Assembly: GCA_965224085.1 (NCBI GenBank)
Contig: CBDCYI010000004.1
Span: 1,890,234 to 1,954,233, forward strand
DNA from: Candidatus Marinacidobacterales bacterium
GTDB taxonomy: Bacteria; Acidobacteriota; Vicinamibacteria; Marinacidobacterales; SMYC01
Length of the DNA stretch: 64,000 nucleotides
Reading direction: 5' to 3'
In this document: positions 30,055-40,531 of the stretch, in pieces
How the letters are laid out: every line of letters begins with the position of its first letter
How positions within the stretch are numbered: position 1 is the first letter of the stretch
Made by a program: the position numbers and the translations under genes
Notes under the pieces: model-generated
Told to the model about the DNA's origin: nothing
The model's input: only the letters and a program-made list of their open reading frames with translations
Database searches by the model: none

Positions 30055-31571
30055 GCGACCAGCTCGCATTGCTGCCCGAATATCTAACGGCTCATCTGCA
30101 GCTCTCTCTTCTCGCACTCGCGCTCGGAGCGCTGGTGAGCGTCCCTCTCGGCGTGGTCGCGACCCGCATAGGCTGGCTCGAGCAACCCGTCTTGGGGGTG
30201 GCGAGCATCATTCAAACGATCCCGAGCCTCGCACTCCTCGCGGTGATGGTGCCGGTGCTCGCGGCCATCAACGTACAGAGCATCGGTTTTCTCCCGGCCT
30301 TCATCGGCCTCATGCTGTACAGTATTTTGCCCATCCTGCGGAACACGGTCACCGGTATCGCCGGCGTCGACCCCGCGCTCATCGAAGCCGCTCGTGGCGT
30401 GGGTATGACACCGAGGCAGCGGCTGTTCCGTGTGGAGCTTCCGCTCGCGGCTCCGGTCATCGTTGCCGGCCTGAGAACCTCCGCCGTCTGGATCGTTGGC
30501 ACCGCAACGCTCTCGACGCCCGTAGGCGCGACGAGCCTCGGGAACTACATCTTCAGCGGGCTGCAAACCCGAAACTATGCCGCCGTCCTCGTAGGCTGCG
30601 TGGCGGCGGCAGCGCTCGCCGTTCTGCTCGACGGAATCGTTTTCGCCCTCGAGCACGGTGTTCGTTTCCGAAAGCGCGCTCATACGGTCGGCGCCACCTC
30701 GGTGCTCGCCGCCCTCTTCGCGTACACAACCGTCACCTTTGCCCTCCCCTTTCTCGACGACAGAGAGCGACCGATCCGAATCGGCGCGAAGACCTTCACG
30801 GAGCAATATATCCTGAGCGAGCTTCTCGCACACCACATCGAGCGGCAGACGGGACTCGAAACCGAGGTCCTCTCGTCCCTCGGCTCGACGGTCGCCTACG
30901 ACGCGCTTCGGAGCGGTCAGATCGACGTCTATGTCGACTACTCTGGGACGATCTGGGCCACCGTCATGAACCGCCCGTCGCTAGGAGAGAGTCGAAGCCA
31001 GGTGCTTCATGAGGTAGCGCAGTGGGTCAGCGAGACCCACAGCGTGACTCTCGTCGGCACCCTCGGTTTCGAGAACTCATACGTCCTCGCGATGCCCGAA
31101 AGCGAGGCCGAGCGGTTGAGCATCACGACGATCGGCGACCTCGTTCCCTACGCGTCGGACATGGAGATCGGCGGCGACTACGAGTTTTTCGCCCGGGCGG
31201 AGTGGACGGCTATCCAGGAGAGCTACGACCTACAGTTCGCGGGCCGTCGAAGCATGGACTCGTCGCTGATGTATCAGGCGGTGGAGCTCGGAAACGTGGA
31301 CATCATCTCAGCCTACACAACGGATGGTCGCGTCGACGCACTCAACTTGCGCGTACTCGAGGACGACCGAAATGCCATCCCGCCTTACGACGCGATTGTC
31401 TTGACGTCGCCTGGGCTCGGAATGGATCGTAGCGAGGTGATCGCGAGTCTCGAGATGTTGATAGACACGATATCGGCCGAAAGCATGCGAAAAATGAATC
31501 GGGCGGTCGACGAGGACAAACGCTCGCCCGACGACGTTGCGATGGAGTTCCTCGAATCGGAGGGGGATTAG
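30051..31571 (+). CDS. Osmoprotectant (glycine betaine/choline type) fused permease and substrate-binding protein
   Basis: QTIPSLAL, EAARGVGMT, IGAKTFTEQYIL, YVDYSGT, GFENSY, PPYDA. Confidence 0.92.
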   Translation: MSDQLALLPEYLTAHLQLSLLALALGALVSVPLGVVATRIGWLEQPVLGVASIIQTIPSLALLAVMVPVLAAINVQSIGFLPAFIGLMLYSILPILRNTVTGIAGVDPALIEAARGVGMTPRQRLFRVELPLAAPVIVAGLRTSAVWIVGTATLSTPVGATSLGNYIFSGLQTRNYAAVLVGCVAAAALAVLLDGIVFALEHGVRFRKRAHTVGATSVLAALFAYTTVTFALPFLDDRERPIRIGAKTFTEQYILSELLAHHIERQTGLETEVLSSLGSTVAYDALRSGQIDVYVDYSGTIWATVMNRPSLGESRSQVLHEVAQWVSETHSVTLVGTLGFENSYVLAMPESEAERLSITTIGDLVPYASDMEIGGDYEFFARAEWTAIQESYDLQFAGRRSMDSSLMYQAVELGNVDIISAYTTDGRVDALNLRVLEDDRNAIPPYDAIVLTSPGLGMDRSEVIASLEMLIDTISAESMRKMNRAVDEDKRSPDDVAMEFLESEGD

Positions 31572-31600
31572 AGTGCTCAATGCTCGCTCGCTCTTAGAGC

Positions 31601-32275
31601 CTAAGCTCGCTCCATCCTGCGAGAAGAACCGTCCAACTGAACGAGGACGAGATCCGCCATACCGACGAAGAGACCGCTATCGACGACGCCGGGCACTTCG
31701 TCGATGCTCGTCTCTAGCTCTTTGGCGTTCGCGATGTGCTCGAAGCGCGCGTCGATGATCTGATTACCGTTATCGGACTCGAACGGGATCCCGGCATTCA
31801 CCCGCAGCACAGCGTTCGCGCCGAGCGTGGTCAAAGCCCGGCGCGCGGCGGGAACCGCGAAGGGCACGACTTCCACTGGGATCGACATCTTCGCACCGAG
31901 ATGCGGGACGAGTTTCTCCTCACCGACGAGCACGACGAAGCACTTCGAGATCGACGCAACGACCCGCTCCCGCAAAAGAGCGCCGCCGTGACCCTTGATG
32001 AGATTGAGCTCGGGGTCGACCTCGTCGGCCCCGTCCACATCGATGTCGATCGTTTCGACATCATCGAGCGTCGTGAGCGGCACGGAAAGCTCTTCGGCAA
32101 GCTTCGCTGTTTTGATCGAGGTCGGGATAGCTCGAATATCGAGGCCTTCTCGGAGGCGCCCCGCGAGCGCACGGACGAACATCGCGGCGGCGCGGCCGGT
32201 CCCAAGCCCGACGACCATTCCAGGCTTCACCATATCGGCCGCATCCACGGCGATAGGCCATACGTCGTTCGACAT
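31601..32275 (-). CDS. rpiA: Ribose-5-phosphate isomerase A
   Basis: GLGTG, DGADEVD, IKGHGGALLRE, PVEV, SDNGN. Confidence 0.95.
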   Translation of the reverse strand: MSNDVWPIAVDAADMVKPGMVVGLGTGRAAAMFVRALAGRLREGLDIRAIPTSIKTAKLAEELSVPLTTLDDVETIDIDVDGADEVDPELNLIKGHGGALLRERVVASISKCFVVLVGEEKLVPHLGAKMSIPVEVVPFAVPAARRALTTLGANAVLRVNAGIPFESDNGNQIIDARFEHIANAKELETSIDEVPGVVDSGLFVGMADLVLVQLDGSSRRMERA

Positions 32276-32396
32276 GTGGTGGCGGAGTGTATCACTCTCA
32301 GTATTCAGGTATCGGTATTCAGGTTTGAGGTTTCGGGACTCAGGTTCTCGGGGCCTTTGTGGCGTTCTGCGCTTCGGCATCCGTTAGAATCGGGGC

Positions 32397-34190
32397 ATGT
32401 TGGAAGCGCCTCCGCTTGTTCCTACGCCTTGGAAGTTTCTATCGCGCGACGGTGCCTTTCCGGTGACGGAAGGCACGCCTATCGTCTTGCCTCCGCAGAG
32501 CGACGACGGGAGCTTTCGGTCCGCGTGTGCGCTTCGTGACGCGATCGCCGGGCGTCTGGGTCGGGTCCTGCCCGTCGAGACGCATGCGCGGGTCGCGGAT
32601 CTTGGACCGAGGATCGAGCTTCGGCAGCGGCGTGGGAACGGGCAGGGCTATCGCATCCGGGTGCGAGGCGAGCGCGTCACGGTGGACGGTGAAGGCAGTG
32701 CAGGACTTCGCTATGGGGTCGAAACGCTTTCGCAGCTCGCGCGAGCTAGGATCCGGGCTTGCGATGTTGACGACCGGCCAGACCTTCGCGAGCGCGGTCT
32801 TCTTATTGACATCTCGCGCGGCAAAGTACCGACGATGAGGACGCTCTTTGAGCTCGTCGACCTCATGGTTCGGCTCAAGTTGAACGTGCTCATGCTCTAC
32901 ACCGAGCACGTCTTTCGCTTTCGGCGACATCCGGCGATTGGAAAGGGCGCCTCGCCGATGAGCGCCGCCGAGCTCCGCGAACTCGATCGCTACGCGGCGG
33001 AGCGCCACGTCGAGCTCGTGCCGACTCTACAATCACTTGGGCACATGCACCACTTGCTGAAGATCCCGCGTTACCGGCATCTTGCGGAAAGCGAACGACG
33101 GTGGTCCATCTCGCCGGCGGTGAAAGACAGCTACAAGTTGCTCGAAGAGCTCTACGGCGAGTACCTCCCGAACTTTCGCTCCGAGTGGCTCAACGCGAAC
33201 TGCGACGAGCCCGTCGACCTCGGCAAAGGACGCTCGAAGAACTGGGCCGAGCGTGACGGCCGCGGCGCTGTGTTCCGGACGCATCTCGATCGCGTCGCCG
33301 CGCTGGGTGCCAAGTTCGGAAAGAAGACGATGTTCTGGGGCGACGTCGTCCACGAGCACCCCGAGCAGATCCCTCTACTGAGCCGCGAGCTCATGCTGCT
33401 CGATTGGTGGTACGAGCCCGATCATGACTTCAATCGTGTTCGCGTCTTCAAGAAAAACGACATCCCGTTCATGGTCTGCTCGGGAACGTGCAGCTGGAAC
33501 ACCCTCTTCCCGCGGGTGGCGGATTCGCTCGCCAACATCACGGGCCACGCCAAGGCCGGGAAGAAATACGGTGCGCGGGGTCTCATCAATACGGACTGGG
33601 GCGACAACGGACACTACAACTTGCTCGGCAACTCTCTGTTCGGAGTTGCATGGGGCGCACAAGCCAGCTGGGGCAACACGGGCATCCCCCGCCGTGCGTT
33701 CGACCGCGCCTACTCGCAACTTCTCTTTGGGGACCGATCCGGGAAAACGGCACGACTTTATCGAGCTCTAGGCGGGCTCCATCAGACCGGCTTCAAACAC
33801 TTCAACAACTCTCCTCTCAAGACCACCTATTTCGACGACATCCGCGAAGCGAGTTTCATTTCCAAGGTGAATCAGAACGTCCTCGAGCGCACCCTCGCGA
33901 GACTGCGAGAGCAACGAGAACGCTTTCGCGATGCCCATGCGTCCTTCGGAGCACAATCGCAAACGCGCGACGAAATGGGCTTCGCCATCGACGCCTCCAT
34001 CCTCGCGGCCGAAAAAGGCCTTGCCTATGCCGCCGAGTCGTCGAGACGCACTTTCTCGACGCTCGCGAAAGCGCAGTCACAATTGATGGAGCGGCATCAT
34101 GAGCTTTGGCTCGCGCGCAACCGGCCCTCGAACTTCGAGCTCACGGCCAAGCTCTACGCCGCGTCGATAGAAAGCATGAAGGGCGGCTGA
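32397..34190 (+). CDS. GH20 family hexosaminidase-like glycoside hydrolase
   Basis: RGLLIDISRG, LQSLGH, NANCDE catalytic pair, FWGD, TDWGDNGH. Confidence 0.85.
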   Translation: MLEAPPLVPTPWKFLSRDGAFPVTEGTPIVLPPQSDDGSFRSACALRDAIAGRLGRVLPVETHARVADLGPRIELRQRRGNGQGYRIRVRGERVTVDGEGSAGLRYGVETLSQLARARIRACDVDDRPDLRERGLLIDISRGKVPTMRTLFELVDLMVRLKLNVLMLYTEHVFRFRRHPAIGKGASPMSAAELRELDRYAAERHVELVPTLQSLGHMHHLLKIPRYRHLAESERRWSISPAVKDSYKLLEELYGEYLPNFRSEWLNANCDEPVDLGKGRSKNWAERDGRGAVFRTHLDRVAALGAKFGKKTMFWGDVVHEHPEQIPLLSRELMLLDWWYEPDHDFNRVRVFKKNDIPFMVCSGTCSWNTLFPRVADSLANITGHAKAGKKYGARGLINTDWGDNGHYNLLGNSLFGVAWGAQASWGNTGIPRRAFDRAYSQLLFGDRSGKTARLYRALGGLHQTGFKHFNNSPLKTTYFDDIREASFISKVNQNVLERTLARLREQRERFRDAHASFGAQSQTRDEMGFAIDASILAAEKGLAYAAESSRRTFSTLAKAQSQLMERHHELWLARNRPSNFELTAKLYAASIESMKGG

Positions 34191-35263
34191 TGCAGTTAGC
34201 CGTTGAGCCGCCGGTCAAACCGATGTTGGCCAAGCGCGTCGACGCCCTCCCGAAAGGCGACACGTGGCTCTACGAGCCGAAGTGGGACGGCTTTCGCGCT
34301 CTTGTGTTTCGAGATCGCAATGAATGGTTCCTCCAAAGCCGTGATTTGAAACCCCTTAAGCGCTACTTCCCCGAGCTCGAAGAGCCCGTGCTATCCCAAC
34401 TGCCTGGGCGCGCCGTCCTCGACGGCGAGCTCGTCATCGCCGCCGACCACGGACTGGACTTCGACGCGTTGCAACTCCGACTGCATCCGGCCGCGTCGCG
34501 CGTCCAAATGCTCGCTGAGAAACGCCCGGCGTCTCTGGTGTTCTGGGATCTCCTCTGCGCAGGCGACACGGATCTGAGAGCGGAGCCCTTCGCCGCCCGC
34601 CGGGCACGGCTCGAGAAAGTGCTCGCAAATGCCCGACCACCCCTCTACCTCACACCCGCAACGCGCGAACGTGCTGTCGCCGCCGATTGGTTCGAACGGT
34701 TCGAAGGCGCGGGCCTCGACGGCGTGATGGCGAAACCGCGCAACGGCATCTACGAGCCCGGCAAGCGCACGATGCTCAAAGTGAAGCACAAGCGAACCGT
34801 CGACGTCGTGCTCGCTGGATTCCGCTGGCACAAAAACGCCGTGGCGAAAGCTCTGGGCTCCATGCTGCTGGGACTCTTCGACGACGACGGCGTCCTCCAG
34901 CACGTCGGCGTTGCCGCGAGCTTCACGGCGAAGCGCCGCGCCGAGCTCGTCGAAGAGCTCGCGCCCCTCCGAGACAACGCCCTCGACGGTCACCCGTGGG
35001 AATCGTGGGCGAGCCACCAGCGTGTCCCGGGCATGAAAAGCCGTTGGAGCGCGGACAAGACCCTCGAGTGGGAGCCGCTCTGCCCCGAGCGCGTGCTCGA
35101 AGTCTCGTTCGATCATTTGCAGGGGCAACGATTCCGCCACACGGCGCATTTCGTGCGGTGGCACCCTGACAAACCGCCCCGCGATTGCACCTACGAGCAG
35201 ATCGACATCACCCCACCCTACGAGCTCGAGCGCATTTTCTCCCGAGGGTTCCAAGGATCGTAG
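34190..35263 (+). CDS. ligC: ATP-dependent DNA ligase, LigC type
   Basis: PMLAK, YEPKWDGFR, RYFPEL, DGELV, EGAGLDGVMAK, KVKH, RFRH; ATG overlaps the GH20 stop. Confidence 0.9.
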   Translation: MQLAVEPPVKPMLAKRVDALPKGDTWLYEPKWDGFRALVFRDRNEWFLQSRDLKPLKRYFPELEEPVLSQLPGRAVLDGELVIAADHGLDFDALQLRLHPAASRVQMLAEKRPASLVFWDLLCAGDTDLRAEPFAARRARLEKVLANARPPLYLTPATRERAVAADWFERFEGAGLDGVMAKPRNGIYEPGKRTMLKVKHKRTVDVVLAGFRWHKNAVAKALGSMLLGLFDDDGVLQHVGVAASFTAKRRAELVEELAPLRDNALDGHPWESWASHQRVPGMKSRWSADKTLEWEPLCPERVLEVSFDHLQGQRFRHTAHFVRWHPDKPPRDCTYEQIDITPPYELERIFSRGFQGS

Positions 35264-36495
35264 TCGGGGTCCGGCGGCTCCTCGGCGGGCCGTTTGTCTT
35301 TCGGCACGTTTCGAAGGTTGACGCGGATGCGTGTCCAAGTCGTGTAGCGCCCGCGCATGGCGTCGACGAGAACGTCCTCTACTGCGATGACGGTGGCGGC
35401 TTCGGGGTGGCGATTTTTCCAGCGCTCCAAGCCGTCGAGCGCGTCTTGTTTCTTGGCGGCCTTCGCGACGGTAATGAGCGGCATCGTTTTGCGCTTCGTA
35501 GGCTGAACGCGCCGCGGCTCCCCCGCTTGCTTGCGGTAGTGCGGCGGCCACGGCGCGTCGCCGAGGCCTTCCGCTTCGTGACGTTTCACGAGCTCGAGAA
35601 GTGGCTCGAGCGAGCCGGCCGCCTCGGCGTCGTCGATGCCCTCGGTCAAATCACCGAGCTTTAGAAAACGCGCCGGCATCGTGGTGAGGGTGAAGTCGCT
35701 CGGCTCGCAATCGGGAACTTCTTCCCATGTCAGAGGCGCGGATACGCGTGCATCCGGCGTCGGACGGACGGAATAGGCTGAAGCGACGGTCCGGTCTTTG
35801 GCGTTTTGGTTGTAGTCGATGAAGACGCCGTGGCGCTCTTCTTTCCACCACTTGCTCGTGACGAGATCGGGCGCGCGGCGCTCGACTTCGCGGGCGAGGG
35901 CCAGTGCTGCGCGGCGCAGCTCGTCGAAGCTCCACCGTCGCTCGATGCGGATGTTGACGTGCATCCCGCGCGAGCCCGACGTCTTTGGCCAGCCAGTCAG
36001 TCCCAACTCGTCGAGCACTTGGCCCACGAGAACGGCCGTTTCGCGGACCGCGGGCCATGCAACGCCTGGGCCCGGGTCGAGATCGACGCGCAGCTCGTCA
36101 GGATGATCCAGGTCATCGCCGCGCACCAAGTGCGGGTTGAGATCGATGCAGCCCAAGTTGACGATCCACGCGAGCTGCGCGAGATTCGTGACGACGATCT
36201 CGTCGGCGATGCGGCCCGACGGAAACGCGAGTTGCACCGTCTTTACCCAATCGGGCCGCTTGTTGGGAGCGCGTTTTTGGAAGAAGAACGCGCCTTCGGC
36301 GCCATGCACGTAGCGTTTCAAAACGACGGGCCGGTCTCTAATCCCGCGGAGCGCTCCTTCACCGACTTCGAGATAGTAGTGAACGAGCTGGAGCTTGCTG
36401 AGCCCTGCCGTTGGGAAATAGAGCTTGGACGGATTCGTGATCTTCACGTCCTGTCCCGCTATGGACAGGAGCTCCGCTTCGACTTTCTTGGCCAC
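35218..36495 (-). CDS. Stand-alone LigD-polymerase-like AEP primase-polymerase (Prim-PolC type) with C-terminal extension
   Basis: ITNPSKLYFP, FFQKRAP, PDELRVDLDP, KTSGSRGMH, KWWKEER, DYNQN, YSVR; GTG start chosen. Confidence 0.9.
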   Translation of the reverse strand: MAKKVEAELLSIAGQDVKITNPSKLYFPTAGLSKLQLVHYYLEVGEGALRGIRDRPVVLKRYVHGAEGAFFFQKRAPNKRPDWVKTVQLAFPSGRIADEIVVTNLAQLAWIVNLGCIDLNPHLVRGDDLDHPDELRVDLDPGPGVAWPAVRETAVLVGQVLDELGLTGWPKTSGSRGMHVNIRIERRWSFDELRRAALALAREVERRAPDLVTSKWWKEERHGVFIDYNQNAKDRTVASAYSVRPTPDARVSAPLTWEEVPDCEPSDFTLTTMPARFLKLGDLTEGIDDAEAAGSLEPLLELVKRHEAEGLGDAPWPPHYRKQAGEPRRVQPTKRKTMPLITVAKAAKKQDALDGLERWKNRHPEAATVIAVEDVLVDAMRGRYTTWTRIRVNLRNVPKDKRPAEEPPDPDYDPWNPREKMRSSS

Positions 36496-36570
36496 TGCGG
36501 TGACTATAGTCGTGGGCCATGGGCAGTCCAAATGACATCCGTAGCGCGCTTCGAATAGAGTTACCCAGAT

Positions 36571-36843
36571 TTGACGAACGAACCCGAACCCATCCAAACG
36601 GCACGGCTCGATCTCATCGCGGGCGGTGCGACGGTTCTTCGAGCGGAGCTCGAGGGGCGGGAAGCATTGGAGGCGACGCTCAGAATTCGTATCCCGCACA
36701 CTTGGCCGCCGGAGTTGTATGACGCCGACGCGATCCGTTGGATGCTCGCGCGACTCGACGAAGATTCTGGGTTCGAGCTCGTGGGCGACGGATCGGAACC
36801 CGGAGTGATTCGCTTCGAACATGTTGGAGTTACTCTCTTGTGA
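36571..36843 (+). pseudogene. RimJ/RimL-type GNAT with the central region missing
   Basis: N-terminal TARLDL...WPP joined directly to the C-terminal-like [17 protein letters not shown]; only 90 aa. Confidence 0.5.
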
Positions 36844-38588
36844 GCGGTCCCAATGACGTCCTCGTGGCTTTGTTCCGTGAGCTCGCCCAGCTGACGGTTC
36901 TTGACGAAGGCTCTCCCAATGCTTTCCGGGTACGCGCCTACGAGAACGCGCGCGAAGCCATCCAAACGCATCGCGGCGACTTAGCGGCGCTCTCCGAGCG
37001 GGAGCTGACACAGATCGACGGCATCGGCAAGAGCACCGCGCAAAAGATCCGCGAGTTCTTCGATGAGGGCAAGATCGCGAAAGTCGACAGGCTGCGCGAG
37101 AAATATCCGCCGGCGTTCGTCGAGCTCAGCAAGATCCCGGGGCTCGGCCCGAAAACGCTGCTGCGCCTCCGAGACGAGCTCGGCATCCACAAAGTGGCCG
37201 ACTTGCGCGCCGCCATCACCGATCAGAAACTTCGTGACCTGAAGGGCCTCGGCGCGAAGATGGAAGAGAAGCTCTCCCATGCGATCGATAGGATGGGACT
37301 GACGGGCAAGGACAAGCGGACGCCCATCGCGGAAGCGCTACCCATCGCGCGGGCGCTCGTCTCGGAGCTCGAGTCGCTTCCCGAGGTCGAGCGTGCGCGC
37401 TACTGCGGGAGCTTGCGACGCTTTCGCGAGACGATCGCGGATATCGACATCGTCGTCGCCTCCCAAGAGCCTGTCGGTGTCATGGAGAAGTTCGTGAACC
37501 TACCGGGCGTGCGTGACGTCATTGGCCACGGCGAGACCAAGACTTCAGTGTTGACGTCTAGCGGACTGCAAGTCGACCTCCGTATCGTGGAAGCCCACCA
37601 ATTCGGCGCCGCATGCCAGTACTTCACGGGCTCGAAGGCGCACAACATCAAGCTCCGGCAAAGAGCCATGGACCGCGGCTGGCTTCTGAACGAGTACGGG
37701 CTCAGTGATGCCGAGACGGGCAAGGTCATCGCGTCTGAGACGGAGCAAGAGATCTACGAAGCTTTGGAGCTCGCGCTCGTGCCGCCACCCATGCGCGAGG
37801 ACCACGTCGAGATCGAGCAAGCCCAGGCCAAATCGCTCACGCCTGCGGTAGCACTCGAAGACCTGACGGGCGATCTACATGTGCATACGAGCTTGTCCGG
37901 CGATGGGAAGAGCTCCCTCGAAGAGATCGTCGCGAGTGCGGCCGCGCGGGGCTACACCTATCTCGCGATTACCGATCACGGCGAGGATCTCGCTCTCAAC
38001 GGGGTGAACCGCGAGAAGCTCCGAGAGCAACGCAAACAAATCGACGTGCTCGCGGGCCAATATCCCAAGATGAGCTTGCTTCAAGGCGTCGAGCTCAACA
38101 TCGGGCCCGAAGGCGGCCTCGACTACGATGCCGCCTTCCGGCGCGAGCTCGATTGGTGCGTCGCGGGTGTGCATTCGCACTTCGATCTCGACGCTAAGCT
38201 TCAGACGCAGAGGATTCTGAAGGCGATGGAGGATCCGACCGTGGACGCCATCGCGCATCTCACCGGCCGCAAGATCGGAAGCCGGCCGGGGATCGAGCTC
38301 GATATCGACGCGGTCCTGCAAAAGGCGGCCGAGACGAACACAGCGATCGAGATCAACGCGGCGCTCGCTCGGCTCGATGCCGCGAGCGACGTGCTCTTCC
38401 GCACCCGCGACCTCGATGTGACGATCGTGATCAATACGGACGCACACCACACACGAGAACTCGCACGCATGGAGTGGGGCGCTCTGCAGGCGACCCGGGG
38501 CTTTGTCGATCCCGCGCGCGTCGCGAATAGTTGGCCACAGAAGAAATTTCGCGACTGGGTCGAAAAACGCCGCGCCCGGAAGTCGTGA
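36840..38588 (+). CDS. polX: DNA polymerase X with PHP domain
   Basis: [41 protein letters not shown]; PHP motifs DLHVHT, TDH, NTDAH. Confidence 0.95.
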   Translation: MSGPNDVLVALFRELAQLTVLDEGSPNAFRVRAYENAREAIQTHRGDLAALSERELTQIDGIGKSTAQKIREFFDEGKIAKVDRLREKYPPAFVELSKIPGLGPKTLLRLRDELGIHKVADLRAAITDQKLRDLKGLGAKMEEKLSHAIDRMGLTGKDKRTPIAEALPIARALVSELESLPEVERARYCGSLRRFRETIADIDIVVASQEPVGVMEKFVNLPGVRDVIGHGETKTSVLTSSGLQVDLRIVEAHQFGAACQYFTGSKAHNIKLRQRAMDRGWLLNEYGLSDAETGKVIASETEQEIYEALELALVPPPMREDHVEIEQAQAKSLTPAVALEDLTGDLHVHTSLSGDGKSSLEEIVASAAARGYTYLAITDHGEDLALNGVNREKLREQRKQIDVLAGQYPKMSLLQGVELNIGPEGGLDYDAAFRRELDWCVAGVHSHFDLDAKLQTQRILKAMEDPTVDAIAHLTGRKIGSRPGIELDIDAVLQKAAETNTAIEINAALARLDAASDVLFRTRDLDVTIVINTDAHHTRELARMEWGALQATRGFVDPARVANSWPQKKFRDWVEKRRARKS

Positions 38589-38593
38589 CCAAG

Positions 38594-40531
38594 CTATGAC
38601 CCCTCGAGCGGTTCGTCGCTACTCGAAGGTTCGGCAACCCCTTCCTTTGACAGCTCCGGCGCGTTGTCCCCACTCGAAGGTTCGGCAACCTCTTCCTTCT
38701 TGGGCTTTGGTTGGAAAAAGGCCGGTAGCGCACCTTCCTCGCCGCGCCGCGCTTGCTCGGCGTTGGGAGGCGCGGGTGTGGGGGGCGGCGCAGGCGGCGC
38801 GGCTTCAGGCTCGGAAGCTTTAGCGCTGACTGGACGCGGCGGGACCGAGGACTGGAAAAAGCTCGGAAGATGGGCGATCTCTTCCGGAACTTCTTCCTCG
38901 GGAGCGGTCGGCTCGTGTGTTTCCTCGGGAGGAGCTTCGACAACCGGCGCTGCCTCTACGGGAGCAGCTTCCTCGGGAGCCGCCTCCTCGGCGGTGGCGG
39001 GAGCTTCCGCGCCGGCAGCAGGATGCGGTGCTTGCTCTTCGAAAGCAGAGTGCGCCTCGGCTTGTACCGTCCCGGCATCGCTCGCCGGCTCTTCTGACGG
39101 CTCTCGGGCGGGCGCGGCTTCCTCCGCAGCGCTCGCTGGATCTACGGCGGGCGCTTCGATTGCGGACTCGGGCGGAGGCTCCGGCGCAGGCTTCGGGCGG
39201 TCGATTTCGACCGTTTCGATCTGGGCTTGGTTCGGCGTGACGGCGTCAGCAGCCTCGCCTTCCGGCGTTTTCTGTTCGCGCCGCTTCGGCTCAGGCTTCG
39301 AGGACAAAGCACTCGCCTCCCGACGCCGGCTGTCCTTAGGCTCTCTCGCCGGACGCGCGGAAGCGCGAAACACGTGCTCGTATCGATCGAGCAGCTTCTG
39401 CCACCCGTAATTCTCCTTGATGTAGCGCTGGCCGTTCTTGCCGAGGGAGCGCGCGAGATTCCGGTTGGAAAGCAGGAGTTTGAAAATCTCTTCGAACTCT
39501 TCGAAGTCTCGATAGTAGAAACCCGCATTCGAGTTACGGCAGTGGTCGACGAGCACACGTGACGCTCCATTGACGACGACCGGTGTCCCCACCGAGAAAG
39601 CTTCGAGCGTCACGATGGAGAAGCTCTCCAACTTCGACGGCTGCATCACTGCTATAGCCCCCGCCATCGCCGAGAGTTTCTCTGCTTCGTCGACGAAGCC
39701 GATATAGCGAATCGATGAGTCCTCGGGAAGTTTCATACCGAGCTTGCCGATGAGAATGAGCTGCAAGTTGCCCGACGCGGGATTCTCCTCCTTGTAGAAG
39801 CTAAAGAAGCGAAAGAGCTCTTCGAGGTTCTTTCCACCGTCGATGCGGCCAGCATAAAGGAAGTACTTGGCCGAGATGTTGTGACGCTTGCGGAAGACGG
39901 ACGGGTCGGGCTGATCGAGAAGATCGACCCCCACGCCCACCGTCTCGCGCATCTTCTTGTGGACCGGAAAGCGATCGAGAACGAGCAGTTCCTCGGCTTC
40001 GGTGTTGAAAAGAAACGAGCTGGGAAACTGGAACATCTCTTTGAAAATCCCGAGCCGAAGCGGCGGCTCGTCATGAGCGGTCGGCAACAACACGCTCCTC
40101 TCAGGTGCCACCTGAAGCCCGTAATAAGTCGGATAGTAGAGATAGGTAAAGAACAAGAGCAGGTCGAAGCGTTCGTGCTCCTTTTTCAGAAACTCGATGA
40201 GCTCCGGTGTGACCGGGCCCTGCCGGTCAAGCCATTCGAGCTCCTGCTCACGCGATGGCTTTTCCTTGTAGATCGCCTCCGAGAAACGATTGAACTCCTC
40301 GATGTCACGCTCGCCTTCCACCGGAAAACGGTGGACGCGCACGCCTCGGAGCTTGTCTTCGCCCGCTTCATATTCGTTTTTCCACGTGATGTAGTCTTTC
40401 GCTGTGGTAGTGAGGACGGTGATTTCGTGACGCCGTGCAAGCCGCTCGGCGAGCTGGCGGGCGAGAGTCTCCGACCCTCCGAGGATCTCTCGACCGTAGC
40501 GCTGCACGATGAATGCGATTTTCACGAGCAC
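38594..40531 (-). CDS. GT4 glycosyltransferase (type A) with long acidic Pro/Ala tail
   Basis: AFIVQRYG..GGSE, YAGRIDGGK, ESFSIVTLEA; about 250-aa low-complexity tail. Confidence 0.9.
   Translation of the reverse strand: MLVKIAFIVQRYGREILGGSETLARQLAERLARRHEITVLTTTAKDYITWKNEYEAGEDKLRGVRVHRFPVEGERDIEEFNRFSEAIYKEKPSREQELEWLDRQGPVTPELIEFLKKEHERFDLLLFFTYLYYPTYYGLQVAPERSVLLPTAHDEPPLRLGIFKEMFQFPSSFLFNTEAEELLVLDRFPVHKKMRETVGVGVDLLDQPDPSVFRKRHNISAKYFLYAGRIDGGKNLEELFRFFSFYKEENPASGNLQLILIGKLGMKLPEDSSIRYIGFVDEAEKLSAMAGAIAVMQPSKLESFSIVTLEAFSVGTPVVVNGASRVLVDHCRNSNAGFYYRDFEEFEEIFKLLLSNRNLARSLGKNGQRYIKENYGWQKLLDRYEHVFRASARPAREPKDSRRREASALSSKPEPKRREQKTPEGEAADAVTPNQAQIETVEIDRPKPAPEPPPESAIEAPAVDPASAAEEAAPAREPSEEPASDAGTVQAEAHSAFEEQAPHPAAGAEAPATAEEAAPEEAAPVEAAPVVEAPPEETHEPTAPEEEVPEEIAHLPSFFQSSVPPRPVSAKASEPEAAPPAPPPTPAPPNAEQARRGEEGALPAFFQPKPKKEEVAEPSSGDNAPELSKEGVAEPSSSDEPLEGS

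Noticed and set aside
36496-37011. 172-aa N-terminal extension on the primase-polymerase
   Set aside because: Overlaps polX and the GNAT relic on the other strand; family similarity begins near 36495.
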